Source: an uncultured Patescibacteria group bacterium (GTDB lineage Bacteria > Patescibacteriota > Microgenomatia > UBA1400 > PJMF01). From it: 64,000 nucleotides of DNA. Every line of letters starts with the position of its first letter. Position 1 is the first letter of the stretch. A program made the translations under genes and the position numbers. Of this stretch, positions 60,175 to 64,000 are shown one piece after another. The stretch lies in the NCBI GenBank assembly GCA_905478415.1, contig CAJQIG010000004.1:267523-331522 (forward strand), given 5' to 3'. The notes beneath the pieces are model-generated. The model was not told the DNA's origin and made no database searches. It saw nothing but the letters and a program-made list of their open reading frames with translations.

Positions 60175-61806
60175 TTGTTGAAACATATGCTCGGAATTAA
60201 AAGCAATACCACTACACCACCTACTCCAGCCCCAGCAGCTGGAATAGTTTCGACCCCCAAAAGAAAAGCAGCCAGACCGCTTTGGCAGAAAAGAATTCCC
60301 ACACTGTTAGGTCTCGGAGTTTTAATAATTGCAATGATCTCAGGGGTGCTCTTATTTGGAAATGGTACTGGTGTCTTTGCTCCTCGAGCTACTCCACAAA
60401 CTACTCCTAAAAATATTAAAATTACTAATGTTACTGATAACAGTTTTACCCTTTCATTTCTCACAGATGAATCGACTCCAAGTTTCTTAAAGTATGGAAC
60501 TTCCGAAAAGGCTTTAGACAACCAGGCCGGCGACGAGCGTGATCAAATTTCTGGAACCGTACAGCCATACAACATGCACCACATTACAGTCAGAGGCCTC
60601 AAAGCTAATACTGCCTACTTCTTTACTCTTGGAACTGGTTCAAATAGCTCTTTTACTAACGACGGCAAGCCATTCCAAGTTAAAACAGCTCAAGCTGCTG
60701 GCGCACAACCAGTTGCTAAAACCATTTATGGAAGTGTCACTACCGAATCAGGAGCCCCGGCAGAAGGTGCTGTCGTATACGTCAAACACCCCACTGCTGG
60801 TGAACTATCTTCACTCGTAAAAAATTCTGGAAGTTGGGCCGTCTATCTTTCAAATGCACGAACTACTGATGGTTCAGACTTTGCAAGTGTTACTGATGAC
60901 GACACCTTGTTGGTCACCGTGCAAGGACCGGCTCAAACAAAAAAGGCTCAAATCACGACAACTGTTTCAAATGCTCAACCAGTCGAAACTATCGTCTATG
61001 GTCAGACCGAAGCCAAAGCCGCCGAACTTGACACTTCTACAACCCTAACCGCAACTGAGGATGCTGTTGATGCTATGGCTGCTCCAGAATCATCTTCTAC
61101 AGCTGTAGTTGATGACGAGTATGTTCCTAGTATCGATACGGATGACACAACTATCGCTACAGATATAGCTTCTGAAAGTGCTCAAATAGCAAGTGAAAGC
61201 GCAACTACGCAGCTTCTTGTCGTCGATATCGAAGCTGCAAAGGAAGCTACCCCAACGGTAACCACAACTCAGCCTACTATTACCGGTCGAGCCAAGCCGA
61301 ATGTCGTAGTTACTCTTGAAATTCACTCTGACACCCAGATTACACAAGAAGTTACTGCCGACCAAAACGGAACCTTTGAACTTGATATTGCTACCCTTTC
61401 TGAAAACCTAGAACCTGGTGATCACACCGTTACTTACAGCTATACAGACCCAGAAACTGGCACCGTAGTGAATGAAACTGTCACCTTTACTGTTGCCGAG
61501 TCAGCTACCCGCCAGCTTGCCCAAGCTGACACTCCCTATGGTTCTGGAAATCCATACCCTATTGCGTCACCATCTCCAAGCCCAACACCAAGTCCTACAC
61601 CAAGCCCTTCTCCGACTGCCTCGGCTTCTGCTGAAGCAACTGAAGAAGCCAGAGTTGCCCTACCAGCAACTGATAGCGCCATCCCTGTCTCTGGATCTGT
61701 GGGCACAACCTTTGCGCTTGTCTTTGGAGGTCTCTTCTTTATCATTTCAGGAGCTTGGAGTTTCTGGATTTCTTCACAGCTAAGTAAAGGAAAACTGGAG
61801 ATTTAA
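60175..61806 (+). CDS. surface protein with a fibronectin-III-like (purple-acid-phosphatase N-terminal-type) domain, a CarbopepD-regulatory-like domain, a Thr-rich region and a C-terminal LPATD-hydrophobic-KGK sorting signal
   Basis: ITNVTDNSFTLSFLTDESTPSFLKYGTS...HHITVRGLKANTAYFFTLG (Fn3/PAP_N-like); IYGSVTTESGAPAEGAVVYV (CarbopepD_reg-like); C-terminus ALPATDSAIPVSGSVGTTFALVFGGLFFIISGAWSFWISSQLSKGK. Confidence 0.65.
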   Translation: MLKHMLGIKSNTTTPPTPAPAAGIVSTPKRKAARPLWQKRIPTLLGLGVLIIAMISGVLLFGNGTGVFAPRATPQTTPKNIKITNVTDNSFTLSFLTDESTPSFLKYGTSEKALDNQAGDERDQISGTVQPYNMHHITVRGLKANTAYFFTLGTGSNSSFTNDGKPFQVKTAQAAGAQPVAKTIYGSVTTESGAPAEGAVVYVKHPTAGELSSLVKNSGSWAVYLSNARTTDGSDFASVTDDDTLLVTVQGPAQTKKAQITTTVSNAQPVETIVYGQTEAKAAELDTSTTLTATEDAVDAMAAPESSSTAVVDDEYVPSIDTDDTTIATDIASESAQIASESATTQLLVVDIEAAKEATPTVTTTQPTITGRAKPNVVVTLEIHSDTQITQEVTADQNGTFELDIATLSENLEPGDHTVTYSYTDPETGTVVNETVTFTVAESATRQLAQADTPYGSGNPYPIASPSPSPTPSPTPSPSPTASASAEATEEARVALPATDSAIPVSGSVGTTFALVFGGLFFIISGAWSFWISSQLSKGKLEI

Positions 61807-61813
61807 TTAGTAA

Positions 61814-62119
61814 CTATCTAATATAAAAATATATGCAGCCAGAAATACTTGTGGACAGTGTGTAGCACTACCAAGTACCTCTACGGTAGCCTCTACAGGA
61901 ACAGTCACTGCCTCCACTCCAGTCTCGCAGTGTACTCCACAGACTGAAGCCCCATTTTGTTTGAATGATTACACAACTGTTAGATGTCTAGCAAATGAAG
62001 ATGGAAAGACAGGAAAATGGTATGAAGTTGGCTGTCCAACTCGTTGCAGCTCCGCGACTGGTTCATGCATACCAAATGAAATGTATGCAACTCAACAAGA
62101 AAATTATTACATACTGTCT
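61814..62119 (+). other. start-less Cys-rich open reading frame (about 100 codons) between the surface-protein gene and 5S rRNA; possible frameshifted or remnant gene
   Basis: This reading frame is open for about 306 nt and encodes ..CGQCVALPST..CTPQTEAPFCLNDYTTVRCLANEDGKTGKWYEVGCPTRCSSATGSCIPNEMY.. (8 Cys). The only nearby ATG (61833) is in another frame and hits a stop after 10 codons. Confidence 0.3.
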
Positions 62120-62146
62120 TAAGTGAAATACAAAAAAAGCGCTTAA

Positions 62147-62264
62147 TTCTGGCCTCGACCTATCTTCACATCCAGTTGCCCGGACACTATTGTCGGCGCT
62201 AAGGCGTTTCAAGACTCTGTTCGGGAAGGGAAGAGTTGGTTCCACCTCGCTCTAGAGACCAGAA
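62147..62264 (-). rRNA. rrf: 5S ribosomal RNA
   Basis: The reverse complement contains CCCGAACAGAGTCTTGAAACGCCTTAGCGCCGACAATAGTGT, matching the conserved 5S loop-helix region. Length is about 118 nt, and the flanking complementary ends form a processing stem. Confidence 0.8.
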
Positions 62265-62435
62265 TTAAACGCTTTTGTGCGCTGATTGCAGTACAAATGT
62301 ACTAACAATCATATATGTTAACTAGTGAGTATTCACTAGCAAGTGAAGAAAATCTGCCATGCGCCAAACTTAGAGACAATGATGTGACCACAAATTCATA
62401 AAAATATGTTCAGTCAACGATTAGTACAGTTAGGC

Positions 62436-64000
<1,565 letters not shown>

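Overview
This is a 64 kb window of a low-GC, small-gene bacterial chromosome with a Patescibacteria/CPR-like gene repertoire, possibly Saccharibacteria-like (monoderm style envelope genes, type IV pilus parts, an LPxT-type sorting signal). The standard genetic code appears to be used: the long conserved genes are intact, so there is no sign of UGA recoding. The core content, start to end, is as follows. A partial surE comes first. An HrcA heat-shock regulon (dnaJ, dnaK, grpE, hrcA, groES-groEL, hsp20) follows, with five copies of a variant CIRCE operator (TTAGCAGT-N11-ACTGCTAA). A minus-strand cluster of surface or secreted proteins is present: a 1308-aa Cys-rich giant protein flanked by membrane-anchored partners, and two tandem paralogous lipoproteins with near-identical 3' halves. 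Next are a SAM methyltransferase, a clan GH-A glycosidase, GT4, a stand-alone 5'-3' exonuclease, ftsH, a CsaA-like tRNA-binding protein, trpS, Asp racemase and xerC/D. Two CAU-anticodon tRNAs follow, one of them initiator-like. Then come pgeF, SPFH, yidC, and a t6A operon consisting of a TsaC-TsaE fusion, tsaD and a PP2C gene interrupted by one in-frame TAG. Three low-complexity Ala/Lys/acidic proteins follow, then nrdR-nrdJ (class II RNR). A cluster of a secreted protein, a CPBP-like membrane protein, a Cmk-like kinase and an HEPN-like protein comes next. Two class A PBPs flank a GH18-like gene. These are followed by cmk, smpB, a large membrane beta-propeller protein, a bPH2 membrane protein, lepA and rpsT. 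The last coding block is murJ, pilN, pilO, a membrane protein and an Fn3/CarbopepD-like surface protein with a C-terminal LPATD sorting signal. The window ends with a start-less Cys-rich ORF, 5S rRNA and the 3' ~1.5 kb of 23S rRNA on the minus strand. No CRISPR array or clear mobile element was seen. All calls come from reading motifs in the provided translations and the raw sequence; no database search was run.
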